Shown: in pieces, positions 16,645-26,762 of the stretch
Position numbering within the stretch: the first letter of the stretch is position 1
Layout of the letters: every line of letters begins with the position of its first letter
Origin: an uncultured Verrucomicrobiae bacterium
GTDB lineage: Bacteria > Verrucomicrobiota > Verrucomicrobiia > Verrucomicrobiales > DEV007
Reading direction: 5' to 3'
Assembly (NCBI GenBank): GCA_937898895.1
Contig: CALDKL010000500.1
Location: 1-32,730, forward strand
Length of the DNA stretch: 32,730 nucleotides
Translations under genes and position numbers: made by a program
The notes under the pieces: model-generated
Told to the model about the DNA's origin: nothing
Databases searched by the model: none
What the model saw: the letters and a program-made list of their open reading frames with translations, nothing else

Positions 16645-18122
16645 GGGTGGGCGAGGATGGATTGGAAAAGCGGCGAACGGAGCCCCTCGTCGATGAGGGA
16701 GACCCAGGGCTTCGGATAGATCCCGATGGAGATCGAGACGGCGAGTAGCAGCGCGATGGCGGACTTCTCCGATCCGGTGAGCGGCGGCAGCGTCGGGGGC
16801 GGGGCGTCACCCACATTTCGCTCGGGGAAAAACGCCTTGTGCATCGCCCGCAGCGAGAAGGCTCCGGTGATCACGATGCCCAGGGCCACCGGCGGCACCA
16901 GCCACGGATAGGTCTGCCACAGGCCGATGGCCACGGAGATCTCCGCGACGAATCCGCTGAAGCCCGGCAGTCCCATCGAAGCGGCGGTGGCCAGGGTGAA
17001 GGCGAGGGCCGCCCCCGGCAGGGTTTTCCAGAGATCGAACGCCTTCAGCTCATTGAGGTCGCGGGTATGGGTGCGCTCATAGACGACGCGCCCGGCGATG
17101 CCGAAGAGCAGACCGGCGATGACGCCGTGAGAGATCATCTGGAGGACCGCGCCCCGCAGTCCCCAGTGGGTGGCGGCGGCCATCCCCAGGAGAATGAATC
17201 CCATGTGACTCACCGACGAATAGCCGATCACGAACTTCAGATCCTGCTGCGCCAGCGCGGTGAGGGCACCGTAGAGGATGCCGATCACGGCGAGCAGGGC
17301 GATGGATGTGCTCCACTGTTCAAAACCCTGCGGAAACAAGGGCATCGCAACACACAGTGCGCCGAAGGCACCCAGTTTCATCACCACCCCAGCGAGCAGC
17401 ATGGAGGCGGCAGTGGGCGCGGCGACGTGTCCGGTGGGTGCCCAGGTGTGAAAAGGCCACATGCCCGCGAGCACCGCAAATCCAAGAAAGAGGATGGGAA
17501 AGGCCCACGCCTGGAGAGCGAGAGGATATTTCACGGAGGCGAGATAGGCGATCTCAAAACTCGTTCCGCCGGCGGCGGCATAGGCGACCGCCAGCCCGAC
17601 CAGAATCAACGCGCTCGCGCCGATCGAATACATCGTGAGTTTCATCGCGCCATACTCGCGCCTGGTCGAACCCCAGATCGCGATGAGCAGGTACTTCGGC
17701 AGGATCACGATCTCGTAACAGACAAAGAGCAGAAAGGCATCGCGGCTCATGAAGACGCCATAAACCCCGCCGATGATCGTCATAAACAACGCAAAGAAGG
17801 CGCGGGGCCGGGTGTTCACGTTCCAGGAAAACAGTACCCCGGCGATGGCGACAACGCCCGTCAGGAAGAGCAGGGCGAGCGACAATCCGTCCGCTGCGAA
17901 ATGCAGTCTCGCGCCGAGGCTCGGGATCCATTCCCGATTGCTCTCCCACACGGCGGCATCGGGGTGAGCGAGGCGCTCGAGACATGCCACCCCCGCCGCC
18001 ACCGCGCCGAGGATCGAGGCGATGAGGGCGACGAGACGCGAGGCTCCGGCCAAACGAGCGGGCAGGAGGAGGACGAGCAGGGCGCCGGCGAAGGCGGAGA
18101 GAATGGTCCAGGCGGGGGTCAT
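16641..18122 (-). CDS. nuoM: Complex I antiporter-like subunit M, second copy
   Basis: YEIVILPKYLLIAIWG, PFHTWAP.GH.AAP, MKLGAFG, YSSVSHMG, MGLPGFSGFVAE. ATG at 18122 overlaps the stop of the first nuoM. Confidence 0.9.
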   Translation of the reverse strand: MTPAWTILSAFAGALLVLLLPARLAGASRLVALIASILGAVAAGVACLERLAHPDAAVWESNREWIPSLGARLHFAADGLSLALLFLTGVVAIAGVLFSWNVNTRPRAFFALFMTIIGGVYGVFMSRDAFLLFVCYEIVILPKYLLIAIWGSTRREYGAMKLTMYSIGASALILVGLAVAYAAAGGTSFEIAYLASVKYPLALQAWAFPILFLGFAVLAGMWPFHTWAPTGHVAAPTAASMLLAGVVMKLGAFGALCVAMPLFPQGFEQWSTSIALLAVIGILYGALTALAQQDLKFVIGYSSVSHMGFILLGMAAATHWGLRGAVLQMISHGVIAGLLFGIAGRVVYERTHTRDLNELKAFDLWKTLPGAALAFTLATAASMGLPGFSGFVAEISVAIGLWQTYPWLVPPVALGIVITGAFSLRAMHKAFFPERNVGDAPPPTLPPLTGSEKSAIALLLAVSISIGIYPKPWVSLIDEGLRSPLFQSILAHP

Positions 18123-19633
18123 GGGGTCGGACGAAGAAGCTCCAGCAAACGGAGCGTGTCGCTGTTGGAAAAATGGAGGAGCACCTGTGGCCAGATGCCG
18201 GGGATCACGATCAGAGCGATGAGTGGAGCGAACAGCCAGCGTTCGCCGAGAGAGAGGTCGCCCCATTGTGCAAAGCGCTCCGGGAGCGGTCCGGTGAAGA
18301 CCTTTCGCAGTGCGCGCAGCAGGAACACCGCGGTGAGGAGCAAGCCAACCAGAGACAGCGCCGCAGACCACGGATTCAAACCGAAGACCCCGTTGAAGAT
18401 GAGGAATTCGCCGATGAAACCGCTCAGGCCGGGAAGCCCCAGTGAAGCAAAGAGGGCGATTCCGGTCAGTCCGCAAAACATCGGCATCTTCGCCCGCAAT
18501 CCGCCGAAGTCATGGAGACCTCGCTTTCCCCCGCTCCGGGACTCGAGCAGGGCGATGACGAAAAACAGGGCGCAGGCGATAACGCCGTGATTGAAGGCCT
18601 GCAGAATCGTCCCGGAAATCGCCGAGGAGACCGCGACGCGGTCGCCCTGCGAGGTGGCGATGGCGGCCACGGCGAGAGCGCAGTAGCCGAGATGGTTCAC
18701 CGAGGAATATGCGAAGATGCGTTTCAGATCCGTCTGGGCGAGCGCAGCGATGGCTCCCAACCACACCGTGGCCACGGCGAGAGCCGCCAGCCAGGGAGCG
18801 AGCACCGGAAAAATCTCGGGAAAGATCGGGAGAAAAACGCGCAGCAATCCATAGACCCCCATTTTCGAAAGCAGTCCGGTGAGCAGTATCGTGACCGGCG
18901 TGGGAGCCTCGGCATAGGTATCCGGCAGCCACGCATGGAGCGGCACGATGGGGATTTTCACGGCCAGGCCCAGGAACACGGCAAGCGCGACGATGAGGAG
19001 CGAGGTAGGTCCGTCGAAGTGAGCGGAAAACCCCTGCGCCAGCTCGGAAGCCAGTTGTTTGTCTGCCGCGAGGTGCGCGAGGGCATCAAAGTCCATCGTG
19101 CCCACGGTGAGTTGCAGGGCGAGGAAACCCAGGAGCATGCTGACGCCGCCGGCGAGAGTGACGATGAAGAATCGCAGCGCGGCGCGCGGCGCGTTGGTCC
19201 CTCCCCACAATCGGACCAGGAGATAGGCGGGAATGAGGGTCAGCTCCCAGCACAAAAACCAGGGGATGAAGTGACGGGCGGTGAACACGCCAAACAGCAT
19301 CGCCTCCATCGCGAGAATGAGGGCGAAGTAGGCGCGGTCGCCAATGCCGAGCTTCACGGACACGGCCAGCGAAAACAGGGTGACGAGGGTCGTGAGCAGA
19401 AGAAACAGCGAAGAGGTTCCGTCCGCGAGAAAGGTCAGATGGATTCCCGCATCCGGCATCCAGGGAAGGGACCAGGACGCGCCTTCCTGAAACCCGATCA
19501 TCGCGACGAGAATCAGGGGGATCCAGGCCAGGGTGAAGGCCAGCATTCCGGCGCGTCGAGCGGTCAGCCCCGGCCAGGTGCCGAGAAGCACCGCCGCGAA
19601 CAAGGGAGAAAACAAAAGGGAAAGGAGCAACAT
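18119..19633 (-). CDS. nuoM: Complex I antiporter-like subunit M, first copy
   Basis: WELTLIPAY, AVKIPIVPLHAWLP.Y.EAP, LSKMGVYG, YSSVNHLG, LGLPGLSGFIGEF. Confidence 0.93.
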   Translation of the reverse strand: MLLLSLLFSPLFAAVLLGTWPGLTARRAGMLAFTLAWIPLILVAMIGFQEGASWSLPWMPDAGIHLTFLADGTSSLFLLLTTLVTLFSLAVSVKLGIGDRAYFALILAMEAMLFGVFTARHFIPWFLCWELTLIPAYLLVRLWGGTNAPRAALRFFIVTLAGGVSMLLGFLALQLTVGTMDFDALAHLAADKQLASELAQGFSAHFDGPTSLLIVALAVFLGLAVKIPIVPLHAWLPDTYAEAPTPVTILLTGLLSKMGVYGLLRVFLPIFPEIFPVLAPWLAALAVATVWLGAIAALAQTDLKRIFAYSSVNHLGYCALAVAAIATSQGDRVAVSSAISGTILQAFNHGVIACALFFVIALLESRSGGKRGLHDFGGLRAKMPMFCGLTGIALFASLGLPGLSGFIGEFLIFNGVFGLNPWSAALSLVGLLLTAVFLLRALRKVFTGPLPERFAQWGDLSLGERWLFAPLIALIVIPGIWPQVLLHFSNSDTLRLLELLRPTP

Positions 19634-19639
19634 GGGGAA

Positions 19640-21679
19640 TCAGGCGCGGAGCCAGAGATAGAGGACGAAAAGCACCGACATCCCCAGTCCGATGGATCGG
19701 AGATAGGCCTGGGGGCGACCGGTCTGCGTGTCGGAGGCGGATTGCGCGCGGCGCTGCAGGCCCGCACAGAGGCCGTCGAAGCCATCGTTCAGGCCCGCTT
19801 CGTCGGTGGTATCGGTGATCCGCCCGCACCGTTTTGCGCAGGATTCTCCGAAGCCCATCAGCGGAACGAGGACGCGGCGCTCGAGGGCATCCACGGCATC
19901 GGCGAGAACGGAGAGCGGGCCAATCAGGATCGTTTCGTACAGCGCATCAAACCCCATCGCGCGTTCGAGAAATCGCCACAGCGGACCGAGTTTTTCCGAG
20001 AGCGGGTCGGGAGCGCGACTGTCCCTGGAAACATTCCGATAGACGACCGAGGAGGCACCCACTCCGACGAGGACGAGGACAAGCGAGAGGGTCAGCAATC
20101 CGATTGCACCCTCTTCACCGAGGGCTCCAGCGTGGAAGGATGCCGTTTCTCCGTGGAGCCATTGTTCGAACCACGGCCAGAAGGGCGTGCCGATGAGCGA
20201 GAGCAGGATGGCACCTGCGGCGAGCACGTAGAGCGGGACGATCATCACCGTCGGACTTTCGTGCGGATGAGACACGCCGGGCACGCGGGGTTTTCCGAAA
20301 AACACGAGCAAGGCCTGGCGGGTCATGTAGAAGGCCGTGAGCAGCGCGGCGGTGGCAGCGAGGAGGAAGGGCCCCTTGCCGCCGGGCCAGTGCCCGGCGC
20401 TGTGGAGGATGGCCTCCTTGCTCCAGAATCCGGAGAAGACGAAGGGGAATCCTGACAGAGCCATCATGCCGATGGCGTAGGCGAGAAACGTCTTTGGCAT
20501 CGCATGGCGCAAGCCGCCCATATTCCGGATGTCCTGTTCCTCGTGGCAACCGTGGATCACCGATCCCGCCGAAAGGAAGAGCAGGGCCTTGAAGAAGGCA
20601 TGGGCGATCAGGTGGAACATCGCGGCGGCGACACCGCCGGTGCCAAGCGCCACCATCATGAAACCGAGCTGCGAAACAGTGGAGTAGGCGAGGATGCGCT
20701 TGATATCCGATTGCGCCATTGCCGAGAGCGCGGCGTAGAGCGCGGTGATGGCCCCGATCCAGGCGCAGGCGGTGAGGGCGATCCCCGTTTCTCCCCCCTG
20801 CGCGAAAAGCGGATGGGTGCGGGCCACGAGAAAGACCCCGGCAGCCACCATCGTCGCGGCGTGGATGAGCGCGGATACGGGAGTGGGGCCTTCCATCGCA
20901 TCCGGCAACCACGTGTGCAGCGGCACCTGACCGGATTTGCCCATGGCACCTGCCAGGAGCAGCAGGGAAGCCGCGGCGGAAACGGTGAGCCCACCTGCGG
21001 TGGTGGCCCCGGCCAGTGAGGCGAGTGCTCCGGATTCGAGCAGCCCCCTGCCTTCATCGAAAAAGAGCAGCGTGCCCGTCTGGCGATAGAGCCAGATCAT
21101 TCCGAGGAAGAAGGCCATGTCGCCGACGCGGGTGGTGATGAAGGCTTTCTGCGCGGCGGCAGCGGCGGCGGGTTTCTCAAAGTAAAAGCCGATGAGCAGG
21201 TAGGACGCGAGGCCCACGAGTTCCCATGCGAGGAAAAGCAGCAGCAGGCTGTTCGCGTAGACGACCATCAGCATCGCGCCGCAGAACAAAGAGAGGAACC
21301 CGAAGAAACGCCCGAAACGCACTTCCTTGTCCATGTAGCCGACGCTGAAGAGAAAGATCCAGAGTGCCACGAAAGTCACCATGGCTCCCATCCCGGCGCT
21401 CATGGGATCCAGCAGCAGGCCCACCCGCACGGACGAATCTCCGAAGGTGAACCAGGGGACCGCACTGGCCACGAGGGGTTTCCCCCCGACGGGTGCGAGC
21501 GAGCAGGCGAGGGCCCCCAGGGAGATCAGGCAGGAAACGCCGAGGGCAGCCAGGGCCAGTTTCGAGGCGAACCTGCCCCATCGATTCGGCAGAAACGCGA
21601 TGACTCCTCCCGCGATCAGCGGCAGCAGGGGCACCCACCACAGGAGAGCGGGCAAATGGGAATGGAGGGCTTCAACCAT
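19640..21679 (-). CDS. nuoL: Complex I antiporter-like subunit L (679 aa, extended C-terminal helix)
   Basis: WELVGLASYLLIGF, GKSGQVPLHTWLPDAMEGPTPVSALIHAATMV, AYSTVSQLG, HAFFKALLFL, FWSKE. Confidence 0.96.
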   Translation of the reverse strand: MVEALHSHLPALLWWVPLLPLIAGGVIAFLPNRWGRFASKLALAALGVSCLISLGALACSLAPVGGKPLVASAVPWFTFGDSSVRVGLLLDPMSAGMGAMVTFVALWIFLFSVGYMDKEVRFGRFFGFLSLFCGAMLMVVYANSLLLLFLAWELVGLASYLLIGFYFEKPAAAAAAQKAFITTRVGDMAFFLGMIWLYRQTGTLLFFDEGRGLLESGALASLAGATTAGGLTVSAAASLLLLAGAMGKSGQVPLHTWLPDAMEGPTPVSALIHAATMVAAGVFLVARTHPLFAQGGETGIALTACAWIGAITALYAALSAMAQSDIKRILAYSTVSQLGFMMVALGTGGVAAAMFHLIAHAFFKALLFLSAGSVIHGCHEEQDIRNMGGLRHAMPKTFLAYAIGMMALSGFPFVFSGFWSKEAILHSAGHWPGGKGPFLLAATAALLTAFYMTRQALLVFFGKPRVPGVSHPHESPTVMIVPLYVLAAGAILLSLIGTPFWPWFEQWLHGETASFHAGALGEEGAIGLLTLSLVLVLVGVGASSVVYRNVSRDSRAPDPLSEKLGPLWRFLERAMGFDALYETILIGPLSVLADAVDALERRVLVPLMGFGESCAKRCGRITDTTDEAGLNDGFDGLCAGLQRRAQSASDTQTGRPQAYLRSIGLGMSVLFVLYLWLRA

Positions 21680-21983
21680 GAAGAGAATCCAGCTTGTTGA
21701 GATCGGTGGAGCGGGTGTGGCGGAAGACCATCAGGATGATGGCAAGACCCACGGCGGCCTCGGCGGCGGCAATGGCGATGGCGAACAATACAAAGATCGG
21801 TCCCGTCAGTTCCGGGTCGGGCGGGCCGTAGCGCCAGAAGGCAATGAAATTGAGATTGCCCGCGTTGAGCATCAGCTCGATGCCGACGAGAATCAGAATC
21901 GCATTCCGGCGCACGAGTACCGCAAAAAGGCCGAGCACAAACACGACCGACGACAGGGTGAGCAACAGGGCGAGCGGAGTCAT
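21672..21983 (-). CDS. nuoK: Complex I subunit K
   Basis: RRN.I..L.GIELMLNA.N, AIAAAEAAVGLAI. Confidence 0.96.
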   Translation of the reverse strand: MTPLALLLTLSSVVFVLGLFAVLVRRNAILILVGIELMLNAGNLNFIAFWRYGPPDPELTGPIFVLFAIAIAAAEAAVGLAIILMVFRHTRSTDLNKLDSLHG

Positions 21984-22495
21984 GGGTCGGGAGAGACTGA
22001 AGATTTTTTACCGGGTTCGCGGGCAAACAAGGCGGCCCCGATCATCACGGCGGTGAGAAGCACGGCCACCGCCAGCACCGCTGGGGCGTGGGTGGTGTAG
22101 AGGATCGTGCCAAGCCGCTCCAGCGAGATCGCGGGAGCATCGGTGGCGACGGGTCCTGTATCGGCAAAACGGGACACCGCGTGGAGCAGCACTCCCAACA
22201 CCGGCAGGGTGCAGAGCAGGCCCACGCCGAGGGTGCGTGGTCGCCGTGCGATTTCCTCCTCCTCATCGCGCGGACGGGTGATGAGCAGGGAGAAGACAAT
22301 CAACACCGCTACCGCACCGACATAGACCATGAACTGGACCAGGCCGATAAAATGGGCACCGATCATCAGATAGAGCACCGCATGCAGGGCGAGGGCGAGG
22401 GCCAGGAGCAGGGCCGCGTGGACCGGACGGGCATTCCAGACCGCGCCGAGGGCGGCGAGCAGGACCAGGATTGTCAGCAGGAAGAGCGCAATCAT
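21980..22495 (-). CDS. nuoJ: Complex I subunit J
   Basis: PVHAAL.L, QFMVYVGAVAVL..F; five hydrophobic segments. ATG at 22495 overlaps the nuoH stop. Confidence 0.92.
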   Translation of the reverse strand: MIALFLLTILVLLAALGAVWNARPVHAALLLALALALHAVLYLMIGAHFIGLVQFMVYVGAVAVLIVFSLLITRPRDEEEEIARRPRTLGVGLLCTLPVLGVLLHAVSRFADTGPVATDAPAISLERLGTILYTTHAPAVLAVAVLLTAVMIGAALFAREPGKKSSVSPDP

Positions 22496-23718
22496 GAATC
22501 GGCGAAGCGGTAGGTGCGTGTGGCCGGGGCGAGACGTTTGTTGAAGATCACCGTGAGAATCCCCCAGGGGATCATCAGCAGGGGCACCGTCACCACCCAG
22601 GAGAGAAACCCGCGTCCGGTGAAGTGCCAGATCGCGGCGGCGGGCAGGGTCAGCAGGGCCATCGGAATCAGACAAAGCCAGGCGAAGCGCATGAGCTGGT
22701 CGATGCGCAACCGCGGGAAGGTCGCGCGGATCCACAGAAACAGGAAGATGACAAGAGCGAGTTTTCCGAAAAACCAGATCCACGAAGGGACGAACTCCAG
22801 ACCAGGCAGGGGAGCCTGCCAGCCACCGAGAAACAGGGTGATGCCCAGCCCCGAAATGGCAAACAGACCGAGATATTCGCCCATGAAAAAGAGCGCATAT
22901 TTGAATCCCGAATATTCGGTCATGTGCCCGGCCACGATTTCCGATTCGCCTTCCGGGAGATCAAAAGGACTGCGATTGGATTCGGCGAGCGCGGCGATGA
23001 AGAAAACGAGCCCTCCGACCAGACCCCACGGCGTCAGGAGATTCCACGCGGGAAGAAATCCCAGGTGATAGCCTTCCTGTCTGGCGACGATCTCAGGCAG
23101 CGACAGCGATCCCGTCACCATGACCACGCCGAGGGCGGAGAGGAGCAGGGGCAGCTCGTAGCTGACCATCTGCGAAATCGCGCGCATCGCGCCGAGCATG
23201 GGAAACTTCGATCCGCTCGCCCATCCCGCCATGAAGACGGAGACTTCGGTGAGGGCTCCGATCGAGAAAAAGAAGAGCAGCCCCAGATCCAGCGACACCG
23301 GCGTCCACTCGCGTCCGTAGGGGATCACGCCGAGTGCGAGGATGGCCGGCAATCCGATCAGGATCGGCGCGAGCAGGTGCAGTAGCTTTTCCGCTCGGGC
23401 GGGCACGATATCCTCTTTGGTGAGCATCTTGATGCCGTCGGCGACCGGTTGCAGGATGCCGAACCAACCCGCCCGATTCGGACCGATGCGGTTTTGCACG
23501 CGGGCGAGGGTTTTGCGCTCGATCAGGGACAGCAGGGCGAAGGCACCGAGGAACACGGCGACCACAGTGACGGCGGCGGCGAGGAGTCCCCCGAAGTCCA
23601 CGAACCACTCCGACGCACCGAGCTTGTGAAGCAACATTTCCACGAGACGCTGTGGCAGGCGCGGGAGCCATTCGAGGGACCACAGCGATTCGTCCGTTTG
23701 TATCGCTGCCAGCATCAT
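22492..23718 (-). CDS. nuoH: Complex I subunit H
   Basis: ERK.LARVQNRIGPNR, QPVADGIKMLTKE, SYELP, AESNRSPFDLPEGESE, EYSGFKYALFF..EY, PRLRIDQLM. Confidence 0.97.
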   Translation of the reverse strand: MMLAAIQTDESLWSLEWLPRLPQRLVEMLLHKLGASEWFVDFGGLLAAAVTVVAVFLGAFALLSLIERKTLARVQNRIGPNRAGWFGILQPVADGIKMLTKEDIVPARAEKLLHLLAPILIGLPAILALGVIPYGREWTPVSLDLGLLFFFSIGALTEVSVFMAGWASGSKFPMLGAMRAISQMVSYELPLLLSALGVVMVTGSLSLPEIVARQEGYHLGFLPAWNLLTPWGLVGGLVFFIAALAESNRSPFDLPEGESEIVAGHMTEYSGFKYALFFMGEYLGLFAISGLGITLFLGGWQAPLPGLEFVPSWIWFFGKLALVIFLFLWIRATFPRLRIDQLMRFAWLCLIPMALLTLPAAAIWHFTGRGFLSWVVTVPLLMIPWGILTVIFNKRLAPATRTYRFADS

Positions 23719-24383
23719 GCCTCGTCTCCTTTCTCCCCGGAGGCACCGGCTTCCGCAGCGGCCTTTTCCTTTGCTTCCTGATCCGCCTTCGCCTTGGCTG
23801 CCTTCGCCGCCGCCGCGGCGGCTTTCTTCTCCTCTTCCGCTTTGCGCCGCTCCATTACCTCCGTCGCCTGTTCGGGGCGGAGTTTCATGTGATAGTCCGC
23901 GGACTTGGAGAGCCGGTCCAGCCCCAGCATCAGGCCTCCGAAACGGTCGTCGGTGCTCAGTTCGTATTCGCCATCCATGTAGATCGAATCAAACGGGCAG
24001 ACTTCCGCACAAATGCCGCAGTTCATGCAGACGGAGATGTCGATGTCGAAGACCTTGGGCCGTTTGAGCGACTTGCCGTTTTCGTCTCGGTCGAGCACGA
24101 TGTAGATGCATTGCGGGGGGCATTCCTTTTCGCAGATCGTGCAAGCGGTGCAGCGCAACCCCGCCTTCGGATCGTCGCCATCGTAACAGAGGAACGGGAA
24201 GTTGCGGAAGTTCGGGCTGATGGGCGCACGTTCCTCCGGATACTGCACCGTGGTCATGCGCTCCTTTTTGTAGAAGCTCTGCACGAAGTTTTTTCCGGAG
24301 ACGGCCAGCCCCTGGAGCAGGCCGAGGCCGGGCCAGGTCCAACGCGCGGGCGCAGCGGGTGTTTCCATCTTGTCCTGATTCAT
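23715..24383 (-). CDS. nuoI: Complex I subunit I (2x[4Fe-4S])
   Basis: [19 protein letters not shown] and [12 protein letters not shown]; Ala/Lys/Glu-rich C-terminal tail. Confidence 0.94.
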   Translation of the reverse strand: MNQDKMETPAAPARWTWPGLGLLQGLAVSGKNFVQSFYKKERMTTVQYPEERAPISPNFRNFPFLCYDGDDPKAGLRCTACTICEKECPPQCIYIVLDRDENGKSLKRPKVFDIDISVCMNCGICAEVCPFDSIYMDGEYELSTDDRFGGLMLGLDRLSKSADYHMKLRPEQATEVMERRKAEEEKKAAAAAAKAAKAKADQEAKEKAAAEAGASGEKGDEA

Positions 24384-25534
24384 CGGTCCACCTCCCCTAA
24401 CACAATGTCAATGCTGCCAAGAATGATGATGACGTCGGCGAGGTCGAGGCCGAGGCACATGTCCTCGAGCAGGGTGAGATTGACAAAACTCGGCGGGCGC
24501 ACCCGATAGCGGTAGGGATTGGTGGCTCCATCGCTGATGAGATAGAACCCCAATTCGCCCTTTGGTCCCTCGATGCGCGAGTAGACCTCTCCGACGGGTG
24601 CCTTGAAGTTGCGGAGCTTGGCTTTGGGATGGATGTAATCCCCCTCGGGAAGCTGCGCAAGCGCCTGGCGCAGGATCTTGAGAGACTCGCGCATCTCCAG
24701 AAAGCGGATCATGATGCGATCGTAGCAATCCCCCTTCTCGCCGAGTGGAATGCGGAACTCGAATCGCTCGTATATGCCGTAGGGATCCGCCTTGCGGAGG
24801 TCGTAGTTCACACCGGCGGCGCGGAGCATGGGGCCGGTGATGCCGCCGTTGAGGAGTTGTTCCTTCGGCAGTTGTCCCACGTCCTGGCTGCGGGACAGCA
24901 GGATCTCGTTTCCGACGAGGAATTTCTCCATCTCGTCGAGAAAGGGACCGTAGTCGTTGACGATGACGCTTACCCGCTCCGCCCATCCGGTCGGCAGATC
25001 ATTGCGGCAGCCGCCGAAGCGCATGAAGTTGGCCATCATCCGTGCGCCGGTCAGATCCTCGAAAAGGTCGAGGATTTTTTCTCGCTCGCGGAAGGCATAC
25101 ATGAGCGCCGATCCCCACGCGCCCATGTCACCGAGAATGAAGCCCAGGAAGGCGGTGTGGTTGATCAGGCGGGTGAGTTCGGCGAGGATGACGCGCATGT
25201 ATTCGGCGCGTTCCGGCACTTCGACTCCGGCAAGTCTCTCGACCGCGAGCGCATAGGCCCAGTTGTTGCTGAGCGGGCAGATGTAGTCGAGCCGATCCGT
25301 GTAGGGCATCGACGCCAGGTAGCTCGTGCCTTCCGCGATTTTCTCGTGATTGCGGTGCAGGTAGCCGAAGACGGGCTTCAGACGGACAACCGTTTCCCCG
25401 TCGAGGACCACGTTCATGCGGAAGACGCCGTGGGTGGAGGGATGCTGGGGCCCCAGCGAGACGCGCAACAATTGGTCCTCGTCAGACCCTTCCAGGGTCG
25501 GCGCACGACAGATCATGGCAGAATCTGAAATCAT
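24380..25534 (-). CDS. nuoD: Complex I subunit D (quinone-binding)
   Basis: [40 protein letters not shown]-terminus. No NiFe CxxC motifs. Confidence 0.97.
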   Translation of the reverse strand: MISDSAMICRAPTLEGSDEDQLLRVSLGPQHPSTHGVFRMNVVLDGETVVRLKPVFGYLHRNHEKIAEGTSYLASMPYTDRLDYICPLSNNWAYALAVERLAGVEVPERAEYMRVILAELTRLINHTAFLGFILGDMGAWGSALMYAFREREKILDLFEDLTGARMMANFMRFGGCRNDLPTGWAERVSVIVNDYGPFLDEMEKFLVGNEILLSRSQDVGQLPKEQLLNGGITGPMLRAAGVNYDLRKADPYGIYERFEFRIPLGEKGDCYDRIMIRFLEMRESLKILRQALAQLPEGDYIHPKAKLRNFKAPVGEVYSRIEGPKGELGFYLISDGATNPYRYRVRPPSFVNLTLLEDMCLGLDLADVIIILGSIDIVLGEVDR

Positions 25535-26130
25535 GACGGAGCGGGATAATGCACCTTCGCTTTCTCCAGCACGGCATCGTGTGGCGTGGGTTCGTATTCG
25601 TAATCGTCCGGCGCGACGTAGTCCTTGCGCATCGGATGATCGACATATTCATCCCACATCAGGATGCGGCGCAGATCGGGATGGCCGGTGAAGGTGACGC
25701 CGAACAGATCGTAGATTTCGCGTTCCTGGAACTCGGCACTCCGATAGACCGAAACCAGTGACGGGATCCGGACATCCTCGCGTCGATCTTTCGTGCGGCA
25801 TCGCAGGACGAGAGGTCCGACGCGGCGCGTCGTGGAAAAGAGGTGATAGACCACCTCGAGAAATCCTACTTCCGGAGCGATCGCTCCCTCGTCTTCCGTT
25901 GGGGCGACCTTGTCCGCCTTGGTCGGATCCGGCCAGTCGATGCCGGTGACATTCGAAAGCAGGTCGAATTCCTGGTGATCGCGCAGGAATCGGCTCGCCT
26001 CGACAAGTCCGGAGGCCTCGATCAACAGCGAGTGCTGTGCGGAAGGACCGGGATTTTTTCGCAGGGAAATGTGAACCCCCGGAAGGGCACCGCGAAGAAG
26101 GCCAAGGATGGATTCAGGATCAGCGTTCAT
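25531..26130 (-). CDS. nuoC: Complex I subunit C
   Basis: [40 protein letters not shown]. Confidence 0.95.
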   Translation of the reverse strand: MNADPESILGLLRGALPGVHISLRKNPGPSAQHSLLIEASGLVEASRFLRDHQEFDLLSNVTGIDWPDPTKADKVAPTEDEGAIAPEVGFLEVVYHLFSTTRRVGPLVLRCRTKDRREDVRIPSLVSVYRSAEFQEREIYDLFGVTFTGHPDLRRILMWDEYVDHPMRKDYVAPDDYEYEPTPHDAVLEKAKVHYPAPS

Positions 26131-26762
26131 GCGTCCCCGCCTCCTCCTTCGCGAACGATGCTCGGAGGGTTCCAGATTTCGCGGTTCATCGGTGGGTTGA
26201 GGTCGTGCGGCCCGTAGTCGGGCACCGGATAGGAGGCGGCTCCGTCCGGGTCGGCGTGACGGGCGCGGTGCTCTCCCACGAGCTTCTCGTTTGCGATCTT
26301 CTCGCGAAGCTTGATGAGACCTTCCAGCAAGGCCTCCGGTCGCGGCGGGCAGCCCGGAATGACGATGTCCACGGGAATAAACCGATCGATGCCCTTGAGC
26401 ACGTTGTATCCCTCTTTGAAAGGGCCTCCGGAAATCGCGCAGGCACCCATGGCGATGACGTATTTCGGTTCGGCCATCTGGTTGTAGAGCCTCACGACCT
26501 GCGGGGCCATCTTCTTGGTCACTGTGCCCGCCACGAGCATCAGGTCGGCCTGACGCGGCGAGGGGCGGAAAACCTCGGCTCCGAAACGAGCCATGTCATA
26601 TTTTGCCATGGTCGCGGCGATCATCTCGATGGCGCAACAGGCGAGACCGAACTGGAGCGGCCACAGTGAACTGGAGCGGCCCCAGTTGATGAGCTGCTCG
26701 AAGGAGGTGACATGCACCCCCTGGGATTTCAACTCGTCGGCCAGATGGGAATCAATCGCCAT
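26127..26762 (-). CDS. nuoB: Complex I subunit B (N2 cluster)
   Basis: [32 protein letters not shown]. Confidence 0.97.
   Translation of the reverse strand: MAIDSHLADELKSQGVHVTSFEQLINWGRSSSLWPLQFGLACCAIEMIAATMAKYDMARFGAEVFRPSPRQADLMLVAGTVTKKMAPQVVRLYNQMAEPKYVIAMGACAISGGPFKEGYNVLKGIDRFIPVDIVIPGCPPRPEALLEGLIKLREKIANEKLVGEHRARHADPDGAASYPVPDYGPHDLNPPMNREIWNPPSIVREGGGGDA

Noticed and set aside
16641-19633. Second nuoM as an assembly duplication
   Set aside because: The two copies are very different in sequence, are translationally coupled, and are matched by the NuoL helix extension.
24380-26762. Possibility that the EFG-less cluster is an energy-converting NiFe hydrogenase or Mrp antiporter
   Set aside because: NuoD lacks both CxxC nickel motifs and ends in GEVDR; NuoB has CC; nuoA and nuoJ are present.
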